64,000 nucleotides of DNA, from NCBI GenBank assembly GCA_964016885.1, contig OZ024745.1:15004001-15068000 (forward strand). Reading direction: 5' to 3'. Shown here piece by piece: positions 41,452 through 55,448 of this stretch. The first letter of the stretch is position 1; every line of letters starts with the position of its first letter. The translations under genes were made by a program, and so were the position numbers. The stretch comes from Eledone cirrhosa. Lineage: Eukaryota. The notes under the pieces are model-generated. The model ran no database searches. It was not told where the DNA came from and worked only from the letters and a program-made list of their open reading frames with translations.

Positions 41452-41499
<48 letters not shown>

Positions 41500-41684
41500 T
41501 GTTCCCTTGTCTTTAGATTGGATTGCCTCAGAAACATAACCTTATTACATAATATGCTGTCTCGTGATATCACGTGATTGGGTATATGATTGAACAATCA
41601 GGTAGCCACGATCACTATTGAAATACGTATCAGCTTTGTTCATAAATTTATTTTTAACATCAACATCGAACTATGCATTTTCCT

Positions 41685-41730
<46 letters not shown>

Positions 41731-41745
41731 ATATATATAAATATA

Positions 41746-41810
<65 letters not shown>

Positions 41811-41931
41811 AGTAAGGTTGCTTGAATGCGTCTATAGGCGGTATGCTGGTTGAGCACTCTATGCCCCTTCGGAGCAGAGTATGATAATATGGAAAACGAA
41901 GAATCAGTGATGCATCGGAACACAATTTATT

Positions 41932-42024
41932 ACATATTACAATTGTTTCTCCGGCGAACGGCTCGAGGGGCGATCTGTTTGTGGATCGAACCTGACTCTG
42001 GATTCGCAAGTACCTCAGATATGT
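41932..42024 (-). ncRNA. Hammerhead variant (CUGAGGU core) in a solo PLE-type terminus
   Basis: acatat-CTGAGGT-[62 nt]-GAAAC-AATT-GTA-atatgt, with a perfect 6-bp stem I. Confidence 0.55.
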
Positions 42025-42054
42025 CTAGTGATTTCGAAGCAGATCTTCTTTCTG

Positions 42055-42101
<47 letters not shown>

Positions 42102-42214
42102 ATTATGTGTTCCTCACGTGTTTTGTCTCGTCACCTGTGACGGTAATTTTTTCTTGGATTTGCTTCACCATATTTATATCCTAAGATGTTAAATGTATGA
42201 AAATTACATCTAAT

Positions 42215-42402
42215 ATTGTTTCTACTTGTGGCACAAGGCCAGCAATTATCCAGTGCATTACTGGTACTTTATTTAATCGACCCCGTAAGGATGAAAGGCA
42301 AAGTTAGCCTCAGCGGGATTTGAACTCAGAATGGCAAGGGCCGTAACTCTATGCGTTAAAGCATGGCGTCCGACCCTCTACCGATACTGCCAATCCACTG
42401 CC
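42215..42402 (-). mobile_element. Nin-like SINE
   Basis: Reverse complement of the SINE consensus. Confidence 0.88.
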
Positions 42403-42760
42403 CTAAAAGAAATTACATCTAATATTAGAAACAGAAAGTTAAATAATTGAAAATATTTATTTTGTGACACATACGCATTTCACTACGTTACTTCTGTGGA
42501 AGTTTTACATTTAATTACATTTATGTGGTATGAAATTGTAGATTTAATCAGACAATTTTAAAAGATGTTCAAGTGCATTAGATCAACGCTCTGATGAAAC
42601 ATGCCAAAGTGAAGATCATTAGATAAGAACGTGTAGTGTTTAGAACATTTAATTTGTAAATATGGCATCGTTTACCTAATTATTTTTACTGTTGCTTTTA
42701 TGTCTGTATACATACATGCACATACAAACACAATCACACACATATGTCTAGTCTATGTAT

Positions 42761-42804
<44 letters not shown>

Positions 42805-43841
42805 CTTGGTTACCTCATTACAACACCTTGTTTCCAACAATGTTTCATACTTTGTTAAGTATAATTGATATGAATCACTTCAAAATACTTGTTAATACTG
42901 AGGTGAAGTAATTGCAGTGAATGGCTGACACACTTGCATGTGTTCCGATCAATTGCCGCCGATGTGACTGTAGGATGAAATGATTTGTGTGATATATTTT
43001 AGTTCTTTGTGCACTACATTCGAATCCCACCCAAGTGAACTTTTATCTTTCATCGATCTGTATAGATAGGAGTGATTGGTTTTACGTTATAACAAGTCAG
43101 TAATGTTACCTGCATTACATCGCATGATATATTTGAAATAATTTGGTAATTTGTAAACTCAATTAACTGACACATCAACCTGTTTCATTCCCTTATAATT
43201 GTGTCTACTTTTGGCACAAGGCCGGCAATTACCCAGTGCATTACTGGTACTTTATTTTATCGACCCCTTATAATGCCTTCTATTTGTAAAGTGTTTTTCT
43301 GGTATTTGATGTCATATAGATTAATATATAATGTGGAATGTGATATAAGGCTAAACAAGGCAAAATGGACGATAAAATGAGGTAACGAAAAATTTAGTTG
43401 CCTGGTAATCGATTGTGTTGCTGATGATTCGTTTGTCCAAATATTTCGGGTTTTATCTTCCCTTCCTCAGAAAGTATAAGGAACTCAGAGGAAACTGTTC
43501 CGGTTTCTTCTCTTTGGGATTAAATTTATATAAATTATTGTTTCTTATAGAGAGAGTTTCAATACCGCCGAGGGAGTGAAATATCATCAAACGTAGATTA
43601 AAATTATGTGACGGCTCAATCGCACCTAGAAATCATTATTACATATAAATTGGGCGGTGACTTGGCCGAATGGTTAGAGCGTCGGACATAATCATTTGTA
43701 GTATATATATATATATATTAAAATAACAGATTAAAGTTTATTTTAATAAATATTTGCTCTAAGGTTCTTATATATTTTTGAAATATATTTATCCTTATCG
43801 AGCATTCTTTGGATTTTAGTCTTCACATTTATTATTATTAC

Positions 43842-43906
<65 letters not shown>

Positions 43907-44124
43907 TGAACAATGCAAACAAAAGTAATAGATAGGTGGTTAATTAGTTTATTGTTTCACGATCATTTCAGAGAGTTGGTTTATTGTGGAAGATCGATAT
44001 ATCGACTAGCATAGTAGTAGTTTCGTCGCTACATGCTTCTAGTCTCGAAATCCCTGATAGATCATAACTTCGAGTTCTAACAACGTTATCGGCCACGCCA
44101 CAAACAGATGGAAGCCAATATATA

Positions 44125-44202
44125 CAGTGTGGGCATAAAAATCTCCCACATTTTGAAGGGATATAAAAAAAAGAATGTTGGAGACCTTTATGCTCCACCC
44201 TG
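44125..44202. mobile_element. 78-bp Tc1/mariner-type MITE
   Basis: TA-CAGTGTGGGCATAAAAATCTCC...GGAGACCTTTATGCTCCACCCTG-TA. Confidence 0.7.
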
Positions 44203-44237
<35 letters not shown>

Positions 44238-45016
44238 CAGGCTTCCATATAGTTTTCATCTATTCACACACAAAGTATAGGTCAGTCCGAAGTTATGTTA
44301 GGAGATAATTTCTCAGATTATAACAGTAAAATTGTATCTAAAACCAATTGATGTGACTATAAAGCTAATATCGTAACCACACAGCTATACCAAACAAACT
44401 GTAAAGTACAGAACGTAGTTGACTTCACCTTTTTGTAATTAATGATTCTACTGTTAACATAACTACTTCAAAAACGAATTCTGAATCGTTAAATAATATT
44501 CTAAAAAAGTCATAGTATAAACCTGACCCCAATCAAGAATATGTGTTTCTTTGGGGATTTTCTAGATTATTTGAAATGAACCAGATGCAATATTTTCTCA
44601 TCAAACAAACCCCATGAGAATAAAAGATTTTCCTTCTGTAAACAAAATGATATCAATTCATTTCTAAAAAAGTATTAAACTAGTTTAATATATCCGTATA
44701 TATTTACAGTTTATTTGGATGATTGATCATTAGTCAGCTTTAAAATGATTATATACATAAAAAATATTGATTAATATTTTTCAGAATGTCCATTCATCAT
44801 GTCCCTTGCAATTTCAATGGAGAATCTTTCAACAGAATCTCCAATGTAAGTATAAATAATTAATCAATCTATCCAAAAGTATTTTTCCTTCAAGATTTAG
44901 ATATCAAGTGTTGTTTCTCAACCATTTTTTTTATTCCGAAAGCATTTATTGACGACAATATTTAGAATAGATGTGCATTTCTCATGTTAGCGTTATATTA
45001 TTGTGCAGTTGTTTTA

Positions 45017-45218
45017 TACGAGGGTGGGCTGACTATGAAGGAGTGCTGCTAGAGCTGCGAAATCTTGCATGCATTAATTTCAACTCTTCTTATTAATAGC
45101 TGCATTGTTTCTTTCCAGGAATAATGTTGAAAAGTAAACCTCATTTGGTAATTCCATGAGAGTATCTTGGTCAGTCGATGAACTTTTCAGCTTGTGGACC
45201 TTTCAGCTGACCCTCTTA
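45017..45218. mobile_element. Mariner-type MITE
   Basis: TACGAGGGTGGGCTGA...TCAGCTGACCCTCTTA termini. Inverted sister copy at 46396-46598. Confidence 0.75.
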
Positions 45219-46395
45219 AACCCTGATGGAGTTGTAGGGGGCGCAGTAGTGGCATGCGGCGTTTCTTGTGCATTTTAAGCCTGGTGGAGCCCACCTTTAT
45301 TCAGGACAGAACACAGAAAATCTCTTCTAGAAAAAGATAGAAAGTGAGAGACAAGAAGCGACCCCAGTATTAGACAGGTACATTTTTATTCACCTCGAAT
45401 GGATGAAAGACCAAGTTAACCTCAGTGGGATTTGAACTCAGAGCGCTGAACGCCGGAACGTTTACCGCAATGTATTGTATCTGACTTATAAAGACTGCTA
45501 ATTTGTCGTGTGTGCAAGTGCATTTTATTCGTGTACATTTACACTGTTTCTTCTTGATAGTGTTGTTGATATTTCTGTCAACTATTTGTCATCCCTGCCT
45601 GACTATAGTCGTGCTTTACTTGTGTAAACTTTCAACCAGTCTCTAGTGTATAACCAAACTTTAATTAAATGAAAGAGGAAGCTTGTTCCTTCTAATTTGT
45701 ATTGGAAACACGTTTTATCACCTGCTACCTTTGATTATTTTCTGGGTTTGCTTGGAACTAAGTTTCTTGGGGATTTGTACTATTCAGTTTGCTTTAAAAT
45801 GTTTTAACGTCTCAATTATTTAAGAATGCGGTGCATGTTCCAAAGTTATAAATCATTTCAATCTACCTTTGGCTATCTAGCTATCTGGGTATGATGTTCG
45901 CTTACTTTACAAACCATCGGGAAATAAATACCAATGCCATCAAATGCTGAAAACAACAAATTAATCGGCAGTTCTTGCAAATATGTAAATATTAAAATAT
46001 GTAAATATTAAAACAAAGCACAAATGTAAAGCAACCCGATTGATATGGATGTTATTTCAGTTGTAATATAAAACAGATCAAGCGAAGGAATCAGACAAGC
46101 TTTAGTGTTTAGACAGAGAGGGAAAAGGCAGTGCCTCTGAGAAGCGTAGTGAAAGAAGGAGAATGAATTTTTGAAGTTGGAACCTTAGGTAAATGCTAGG
46201 CTCAGAATGGACTCTTTAAACGCACTGCCAAGTAGAAGTAGTGTTAAACTGGGCGACAGATTAAATTTACCACACAGAAGGCCGAGTCACCACCTAGGAC
46301 TAACTCATATACAAACTTAATGGTCCTCAGTTAGTTCAGACTATTAGTATTAACCTGTTCACGGTAGGAGTTTACAGTTTACACCATTTAGTAGG

Positions 46396-46598
46396 TATAA
46401 AAGTCGGCTGAAAAGATCATGGCTGTAAAGTTCATAGGCTGACCAAGATACTCTCATGGAGTGATCAAATGAGGTTTATTTTTCAACATAGTTCCTGGAA
46501 AAACAGAATGCAGTTGTTAATAATAAGAGTTGAAATTAATATAGGCTAGATTTCCCAGGTCTAGCGTGATTCTATAAACATTTCAGCCGACCATCGTA
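46396..46598. mobile_element. Mariner-type MITE, opposite orientation to the 45017 copy
   Basis: CTGACCAAGATACTCTCATGGA is the reverse complement of TCCATGAGAGTATCTTGGTCAG in the first copy. Confidence 0.75.
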
Positions 46599-46804
46599 TT
46601 TCACTATGTCGAGATTTAAAACTATTAATGAGCAAATATCCCAGTGTATTTGATACTGCAGTACATAACATCGGGAGCGGGGATGATAGCTTAAATTCCA
46701 AGTATTTTATTGAAGGGAAAGAGATGTCTAATTCTAGATTAATTTATTCTGTGTACATTAATGGAAGACGAACTTTCTGGCAGTTGTCGCCATTATTATG
46801 ATTA

Positions 46805-47640
46805 TCGATTGGCAGAAGTGTTAGGATGTCAGATAAAATACTTGGTAATATCTGTTACCTTCTTTTACGTTCTGAGCTAAATCCTGCCGAATTTAGCTTT
46901 GTCTTTCATTACTACCGAGGTCGATAAATAAAGTATAAGTGCGGCACTGGTGTCGATTTAATAGACCCCCCCCCCCCCCAAAAAAAAAGATTTATACTCC
47001 TTGTGCTTAAATCAGAAAACATTATTGTGGTGGCAGTATCGGTAGAGGGTCGGACATCAGGCTTTGACGCATAGAGTTACGGCCCATGCCATTCTGAGTT
47101 CAAATCCCGCCGAGGTTAACTTTGCCTTTCATCCTTACGGGGTCGATAAAATAAAGTACCAGTAATGCACTGGGTAATTGCTGACCTTGTGCCAAAAGTA
47201 GAAACAATTATTGTTGGTGGTGGATTGGCAGAGATGTTAAAGCGTCGGATACCTTGCTTTGCGGCATATAGTTAAGTCCCTTCGCGTTCTGAGTTCAAAT
47301 CCCGCCGAGGTTAGCTTTGCCCTTTCTCCTTACTGTGTCAATAAGATAAAGCACACTGAAGTTCATTCAATCGACTTTCCACTTCCTTTCAAATTGCTGC
47401 CTTTCATATTGATTGGTCAAATCGTTCGAACCCCAGATAAAATGCTTAGCAGTATTTGTTCCGGTCTTTAAATTCTGGGTTAAAATCCCGCCGTGATTAA
47501 CTTTCCCTTTGAATCTTCCGGGGTGTTTAATTACTGGTATCGTTATAATCGACTTTCCTATACGCTCAAAATTGCTGGGTCAAATTGATTGACTGTTTAG
47601 GCCACTCAAAATGCTGGCCTTGTGGTTAAATTAGAGACTA
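46805..47640 (+). mobile_element. Cluster of 4 or more Nin-like SINEs of different ages
   Basis: Repeated TTCTGAGTTCAAATCCCGCCGAGG motif; best copy at 47028-47212. Confidence 0.85.
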
Positions 47641-50187
47641 TGTATTTCATCATCATATGGAAAGAGATAACATTTTGTTCTTCACATATTTCTTTTTCAT
47701 TTATTTGTATAATGCTAATAATTATATACATTAAGTTTTTCTAATGAAAAGAATCGTGTTTAATTTTTCAATTAACTGTCTTTTTTCTCAGTTTCTTGAG
47801 TGTTTTTTTTTCATGAAATTAATGAAGTGTACAATGTTGGTCAGCTACATCATGAACGCTGCTGACACATTAATATAATGTCATGGAAGATAATAGTATA
47901 TCATGTTACATAATATCAAGCAATAACCAAACATCTCTAGTTGACGACACATAATTGTTCGGTTTACTTGAGAACATTTTAGAAGGTAATTCATTTTGTA
48001 ACTTTTAATTATTGAACTAAGTGTGTCTATATTAAACAATGCTGACAGCAACATAATGGCCTCGCGGGCCTCTTGTTAAAATTGAACATGCACATCTTTA
48101 AATTACTTCACCCGAACAATATAATTAATTAGTCTAAGTTAACTAAATGCAACACTTAATAGGTAGTGATATATGCTACCGAATATTTAACAAGCAGTCT
48201 ATGTTTAATTATCACCTGCGTCATTGGTTAATGATAATATCTCTCAAACGTTCGTGCAAATGACTATAGGCTAATATTACAATAAGAATCACTGTACTAT
48301 TGTTAATTAGTTTATAGATTTAAATTGAATTTTGAAAATAATTAAAGAACTAATCTTCATCTGAGACGATATTCTTATCAAATTTCCTTCTATTTAATAT
48401 TGTCTATTTACATAAGAATATATACTGCTACTTAATACTCTTAATTAAGATTTCAATAGTTTCTCTCATGTTTACTGTTTAAAATATTTCGCCCTCACGG
48501 TATATTACGTATGAATGGCTTGTTTTATTCCCATGGCAAGAAATCAATTCTTTGATATGTTAAACAGAATATCGAATGAATAAAGTTAAGGATATAAAAT
48601 GAAAGTTTTGAATTTATACTCCACAATATATTCAAATGTGAATCTTTGATGGTATATTTTACTGACCTCTCCGAGATAGGTTTCTCGTTGACGAACCCGT
48701 AACGCTGGAAACATAAGGTATCCTGGTTCCCCGATGTATCACCCTACTTACTGGGATCGGGATGGATGTGAACATACCCAAGAATGAGCACCATCATGGG
48801 GACTGGATTTTGTACAGCACCCCATCTCCCTCCTCGTCAAGCGGGGTATAGCTTTCACCAAAAAAAATATTAAATGTAATATAACATTCATTTCATAACA
48901 GAATATATTGTTGTTTTATTTCCTTATTTGTATTTAGTTTATCTTCTTTTAGTGTTGCTTTTATTAGATAGTTTAATGGTAGTTCTAGATAACAGCCTAG
49001 ATAATAACATAGTAGTATATTTGACTAAACGGAAAAATGAGATTTCTGTTTGAAAAATATTCTTCATTGACAAACAACAACAAAAAAAATGTCTAATGTC
49101 ATTGATCAATTACTGTAGATCATGGGAAACAACTCTTTTAAATTACCCTGGCGAGGAGATGGGTTCCGCCATGTTTTTAAAAAATGCCATATGTCAATAG
49201 GGTGCCTCTACGACTCCCTCAAGAGTTACGGGACCATGCATATTACATTATAGCTGTGAATCAGCATATCTTAAGGGACAGTCCACCTCGTGATACCAGC
49301 TGACAAGGTGGAGAAAACATTCCCTGGAGTACGGCGAGGGAGAGGCGCTGGAACAGCCACTTCATTTCTTCTTACGACGCTCGGTATTCTTTAATTGTTG
49401 TAACGTATAGAATTCACATTAACTGACTCAGGAAAGTGCGTGTCTAATATATTTTATCAATGATGTGTATGTTTTCTATCACTACGAAAGGCATGCGCAT
49501 GTGTAAAATTATTTCTTGGTTACATTTTTTTATAATCAATCTGTTATGGATTATTACAAATGTAAGGTCTTCTGTAGCCTGCTTCATACACACAAGTGAG
49601 ACATTGTTTCGTTTAGAGAGATCTTGGTTTTCTTAAACACAATGCCTTTTATCATCCCACACGATAGGTTCTGATAAAAAACAAAACTTTAAAAAACATT
49701 TAGTGTCAAATAAAAATTACAAATAACCTTCGTCTGTTTATCCTTTAGTAAGAAAATAGACTAAAAATGAAGGTTGATTATTTTACCATAGCCATCTCAC
49801 TTTACAGAATGTTACTCGTAAAAGTAAAAAATAAAAATAAAAAAGCTAGTAGAAAACGAAACAAAAAACATAAAGAGTTGCAGTTTTAACTGTTATTGTC
49901 ATTAACACCATCTTAAATGTCGTAGCAAAGTTGGGGCATAACTACTTCTTTCAAATGTTTGGTCTGATATAGTTTAACGTTTACCTTCACAGTATCGAGG
50001 GCTTTTACCAATAACAAAGACAGCAGCCGTTTACACATGTTAGATATGTTGTTTTTCATGTTATTTGTTCTTACACAAATTTAGGTTTCAAAATATTGTT
50101 CTTATTGCCTGTGGGAATCAAAGAGATATAGGGTTATATGTGGTGGGGTTATGGCTAATGGAAAAAATAATAATAATGCTACTACTA

Positions 50188-50228
<41 letters not shown>

Positions 50229-50279
50229 CCTACTGCTGCTGCTGCTGCTACTGCTACTACTACTAGAAATAATAATTAT

Positions 50280-50935
50280 TATTATTTCTCTATTGACTAC
50301 TAGGGCCGACATACAAAGACAATAAAATAGAAGAGGGAAGAGGGACAGTGGAGATTCACTTAAAAACGTGTAAAAAAGAGAGAACAGGTAACAAATAACA
50401 ATAAATAACAACAGAATTCCCCGATTGTGGAGAACCTTACCCTACCCAGGTGAAGTTTAGGAATCCCATAGATCCGAAACCATTCTAAGGGTACCTTAGG
50501 AAGGTGCCTCTCTCTTCTCTGAACTCTACAGCCTACATACTCAAACTTGATCTATTCACTCGGGCCACCCTCGCTACACTCATAAACCGTTTATTAAATA
50601 TACTGCGGGCAGCACTTCTCTCTCCAAAGTTGATGAGGGATTGGCTGAAGAGGAAGGTGTCTATATCCATTCCTTTCAGACATGTCCACTACATAATTTC
50701 TTTCGCTACAGCCACCAAACGGTAAAACTTCCTGTCCTTCTCGGTTAGTGGAAGATGGTGAGGTGATCTTTACAAGGAGGCAATCGATAGCTGGATCCGT
50801 CCAACATGTGACTACAGTTGTTTGACAAGACTCCACAAGTCAGCAATGCTCGGACACTTGACGAGTGTGTGCAGAACAGTTTCGTCGCTCTGCGAGAATC
50901 CCCGACAGGTCAGTCTGACAGCAGATCCGTGACTT
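50280..50935 (-). mobile_element. L1/Tx1 3' fragment, decayed
   Basis: Reverse complement resembles 58005-58737 (zinc-binding C-terminus, 3' UTR GTCGGCCCT). Confidence 0.8.
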
Positions 50936-50974
50936 TAGATTTTTATTATAATACAATTGTCTATTATAATACAA

Positions 50975-51195
50975 GGGTGGTGGTTTGGTAGAATCGGTAG
51001 AGTGTCGGTCACCATGCTTTGCAGCATAGAGTTACGGTCCTTTATGATCTGAGTTCAAATCCCGCTGAGGTAAACTTTGCCTTTCATCCTTACGGGGTCG
51101 ATAAAATAAAGTACCAGTCACGCACTGGGGTAGATTTAAACGCCTTCCCCCTCACCCAAATTGCTGGCCTGGTGCCTATATAAGAAGCGATTATA
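50975..51195 (+). mobile_element. Nin-like SINE
   Basis: Match to the SINE consensus. Confidence 0.88.
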
Positions 51196-52616
51196 ATACA
51201 ATTCCAACAATAAAAACTTTACAGAATCACCACACGGCACTAAAACACATAAGCTAACTTCGGCAACAATTACTAAACATTATCACTATCACAATATCAA
51301 ATAACACAACTCCCCGAGTAACAAAACTACATAAGTCACAAAAAAACAATCCAAAACAGACGCCCTTCCCCCTCTTTCAACTCAATCCTCTCATATTAAT
51401 CCCTAGGCCCAACACCAATTATTATGTCCAGCTATTCCTGAGCACTGTCCATCCTTCAGACATACCAATTAAAAACACAACATAATATACGATTCAATTC
51501 TACAGTCGTACATTACGTAGGTCCAGTTAGTGACGCAATAGAAACACAGATGAAACCGTTGAAAAACTACTAATAATTCTTTCTAATGAATCTAGAAGAT
51601 TCCCAATGTTTGACAGCTACTATAGCTTTACGACTCAAGAAAGAAGGAATGATATGTCGATCGCAGCTGGATATGAACTTAAAACGTAAAAACTCATGAC
51701 TTAATGTCACACTGTATTTAGCTCAACTCACAACTGTCTTTGCTAACTCACTAGGCTTTAATAATTAACTCTTCTACTTTATCATACCACATGTAATACG
51801 ATCGGTGTTGAGCAAACAAATCTGCTTGTGAAAAAAACATTTCGTAATATAAGAATTATTTTCTCAGTAAATATAGCTGAAAATACAGGAAAATGAACAT
51901 TCTGTGTATTGTCAGTCCGCCTTCTCTGTTGGGCTTCTACTCTACTGGCAGGTAATGTTGTTTTAGTAAATGACATACGTTCTGAACGTAAAACACCTCT
52001 GTTATTTTAACAACTTTACACTGTAACAAGAAACCTAAACTGATTATTTTGTAGACACTCGTGTTGAAAGAAATAATAGCAACCAAGCTTGCCTCAATTA
52101 CTCACGATTTTTATTTGTTCAAATTACTTATATATATAATTGATTCCCGCTATTCATAATTCTATAATTCATTTTAAATATAAACATATAATAGAGAGTG
52201 TATAGCATTTGTATGAATATATGTTTCCGTGTGTGTGTGAGTGTGCGAGTGTGTGTGTGTGTTTGAGTGCGGGTGTGTATGTTTGTGTGTTTGTGTGCGG
52301 GTGTGTATGTTTGTGTGTTTGTATATGTATGTGAGTGTGTAAATTGATTTCCGTGTTTGTATGTGTCTGTGGGAATATATTTCTGTGTGTGTGCGTGAGT
52401 GTGTGTGTATGTGTGTGTGTATAGCAGAACAAGCAGTGTACTGTGTAAAGGTTCATATGTATCTGCCTGTAGCTGTTATCAAGTCTACCAAGTGTTGTCA
52501 ACTATAGAATTCCTGCCATACTTAGATATGCAGAAAAATAGTTTAGGCACATTGTGATAATCAGAGACCCAGATGAACAGATGTTAAACAATAGAGAGAT
52601 AAAGTCACATAGATAA

Positions 52617-52668
<52 letters not shown>

Positions 52669-53229
52669 GCACGGAAACACTAACCCTCATATATATATGT
52701 TTGGTTGGTTTTCACTTCTGTATCTTCTATATCTCCACAGTTAATTTATTTGGTCCTCAATGTTTATCATTGACTGACCGACGGTCAAAAATACAGATAT
52801 AAACACATATATATAGTCTAACAAAGTTCCTTCGTTGCACATCTGCAACATCATCAGTGGTACTATTATTTCTGGCAATATTATTACAACAATATGACCC
52901 TCCCCAAGTATAACAATATATATATATATATACATATGTAGTTGGCGGTTGCGAGAAAAGGTTACTCAATACCGAAGTAGAGTTTATTTAAATGTTTATT
53001 TAAATGTTTATTCTATTAATTATTGAATATTGAGTATCTTCAAGAACAATAAAACTAAGGAAAGGAATACCAGTAACAAAGACACCACGTGTCTCACAGG
53101 TGCTCAGCGGCATCAAAGAACATCCTCAGAGAATGCCATTATCAAAGTTAACTGCGAAACCAAAGCTGCCAAACAGGGTGAGCTAAATATAACAGGAAAA
53201 TAAAGTCAAGGTAGAATGAGGAGCCATTA

Positions 53230-53620
53230 GATATATTCCCAATAGAATGAAACAAATGGGTGACAATGGCCTGTGTCCCAAAGTTAAAGTAAAACATGTA
53301 GAACCATGAAAAATAGAGACTATAGCAAAATTGCTAACCAAACTAGATGAGAATCTCAACATATTTATTCAGGGCGACTTCAACCTCCCCAAAGACAAGT
53401 AGCCCTACTGTCACTTTCCTCCAGGAGTGAAAACACAGTAACAAACACAAGCAGAACTTCCGCTTAACCTTGAAAAAGGAATGTTCACAGAACAAATGTT
53501 ACTTCATCCAACAAAAGGTAAAAATATCCTAAATCTCTGCTTTACCATTAACTCGTCCACAATCTAAATGTGAGACAGAAGATTTTTCTCGAACCATAAC
53601 GTAATAGAACTGACAAATAT
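53230..53620 (+). mobile_element. CR1/L2-type AP-endonuclease remnant
   Basis: Manual translation: IFIQGDFNLP, HPTKGKNILNLCFT, FSNHNVIEL. Confidence 0.7.
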
Positions 53621-55268
53621 ATGCGAATTGATATGACAGATTGTTCTTGTATTATATAAGGAGAGCAATATGTCACCTACTGAAGAACATTGTTTCCGGT
53701 TTAACCAATTCCGCCCACAGGCCAAACCGCTACAATACTATTAAAACATGAAAGCTTACATGTTTGTAATCAGAATTATTTGAGGTTTATAAAAAATGTG
53801 AAAGGCTGGTTTAGTAGTGCTTTATTGCTAGTTTTCAACATTTTATATTCAACTAAAGTAATTATTCAAGCTGTTAGTACATAAAATACACAGGAATTGC
53901 TCCGAGGTGCAATTGTTTTAGAAAAGAGAGAATCTTTTATCTTCGTGCCAGCTGAAAGTCGGTTGCATACGTTATATTTTAATTAATTCATTGAAACGCA
54001 ATTTTAGAATTAGTTTTGATTTGTTATCTACTTAAAAGTTAACGAATATACAGAGGTGTTGAAACTATAATTAGAATAATGCAAACGAAGAAATGGCAAC
54101 ATGAAATTCAAAATTTAGCAAATTACTACTCTACAAAATTTAATTTAGTAATTGATTTAGCATACTTATAGATGCATAAACAGATGTATTTTATATATAT
54201 GTATGTGTGTGTGTGTGTATGTGTACGTGTGAGCGCGGGCGTGCGCGTGTGTGTGTCTATACATATATGTATATATATATACATATATATATATGCATCC
54301 ACACACACACATACACATTTATATATACCAGTTGGTGAAAGGGAGAGGATGTTGGGAGATGTATTACTATACTTTTGCAATTATAAATGGAACAGTTCCT
54401 ATTAAAATTGATTAAAATTTGTGGAAACATCTCGACTAAGAATATGAATTTAGTAAATCATTTTTCAATGGAGAATCTATAGCCTACGGTGTGTTCCTCA
54501 GTATTATATATGTACATTAATACATGGAATATTTAATTGTCGAACAGAAAGGAAGGAGACATAGATATTTGTATAACATATTTATTTCAATAGATACTAT
54601 GAAATTCCCAGAACATCTTACACAAGTTTATACCTGGAGGACGAAAGCACCCAGCAAACTAAATCTTTGTTTCTGTCAATTATTATTTTTATCTGTAATA
54701 TTTTATGGAGAAAATGCTGGTGCTGTACTGGAGTTATCTGCCTTTCAATCTTCAATATTTGAGCTGCAGATGGTTAACCACAAATGGCTTCTATGTTTGT
54801 CTCTAGCAAATGCTTACTTTCCATGTTAGAGCATATTTTTCTTATTTCATTCTGGATATTTCTCTGCGTTTATATTTTATAGCTACATTGTGGGCTTCTG
54901 TGAGTATTTACATTTCTCAATGGAATTTCGTTGCGTTTCAACGGATATAAGTTTACTTCTTCTGTTGTATATTTTCATGTATATACACACACTGGATTAG
55001 GTTTGTTGTATTCTAAGGAGAATTTCATTTCCCTTAGTGAATAGTTCCTGACTGACGCTCACTTATACGAGACATGTCCCGCCCATATTTTCTATTATAT
55101 ACATTCTTAGGCATCCATTTGGTTTTTGCTACATTTATTTTCTTTCCACATATTCTGGTTTTTTCTAACCCCATATGATTTTAAATGCGCCATATTCGAC
55201 ACACGCGTGGCAATGAAATAAATCCTTTTGTTGTTGTTGTTGTTATCATTATTACTATATTTCTATAT

Positions 55269-55448
55269 GGCGGTGGATATGCAGTATCGGTAGAGGGTCG
55301 GACGCCATGCTTTCCAGCATAGTTACGTCCCTTAACGATCTGAGTTCAAATCCCGCCGAGGTTGACTTTGCCTTTCATCCTTACGGGGTCGATAAAATAA
55401 AGTACTGGGACTTTGCTGGCCTTGTGCCTAAAGTAGAAACAATTATTA
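55269..55448 (+). mobile_element. Nin-like SINE
   Basis: Match to the SINE consensus. Confidence 0.88.

Larger units (their letters stand above)
39630..41452 (-). mobile_element. Penelope-like element (Naiad-type), 3' part with a short inverted pseudo-LTR piece
   Basis: GIY-YIG ORF. 39803-39835 is inverted at 41418-41450. (TA)n on both sides. Confidence 0.88.

Noticed and set aside
43435-43475. Minus-strand CTGAGGA-aggg...ccc-GAAATATT
   Set aside because: No stem I pairing and no clear cleavage triplet context.
51893-51951. Possible first coding exon, ATG...CAG|gtaatg
   Set aside because: The signal-peptide-like frame is not the ATG frame and there is no other support.
52820-52865. Minus-strand CTGATGA-t-gttgca-gatg-tgcaac-GAAG
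   Set aside because: Stem II is good, but the motif has GAAG instead of GAAA and lacks stems III and I.
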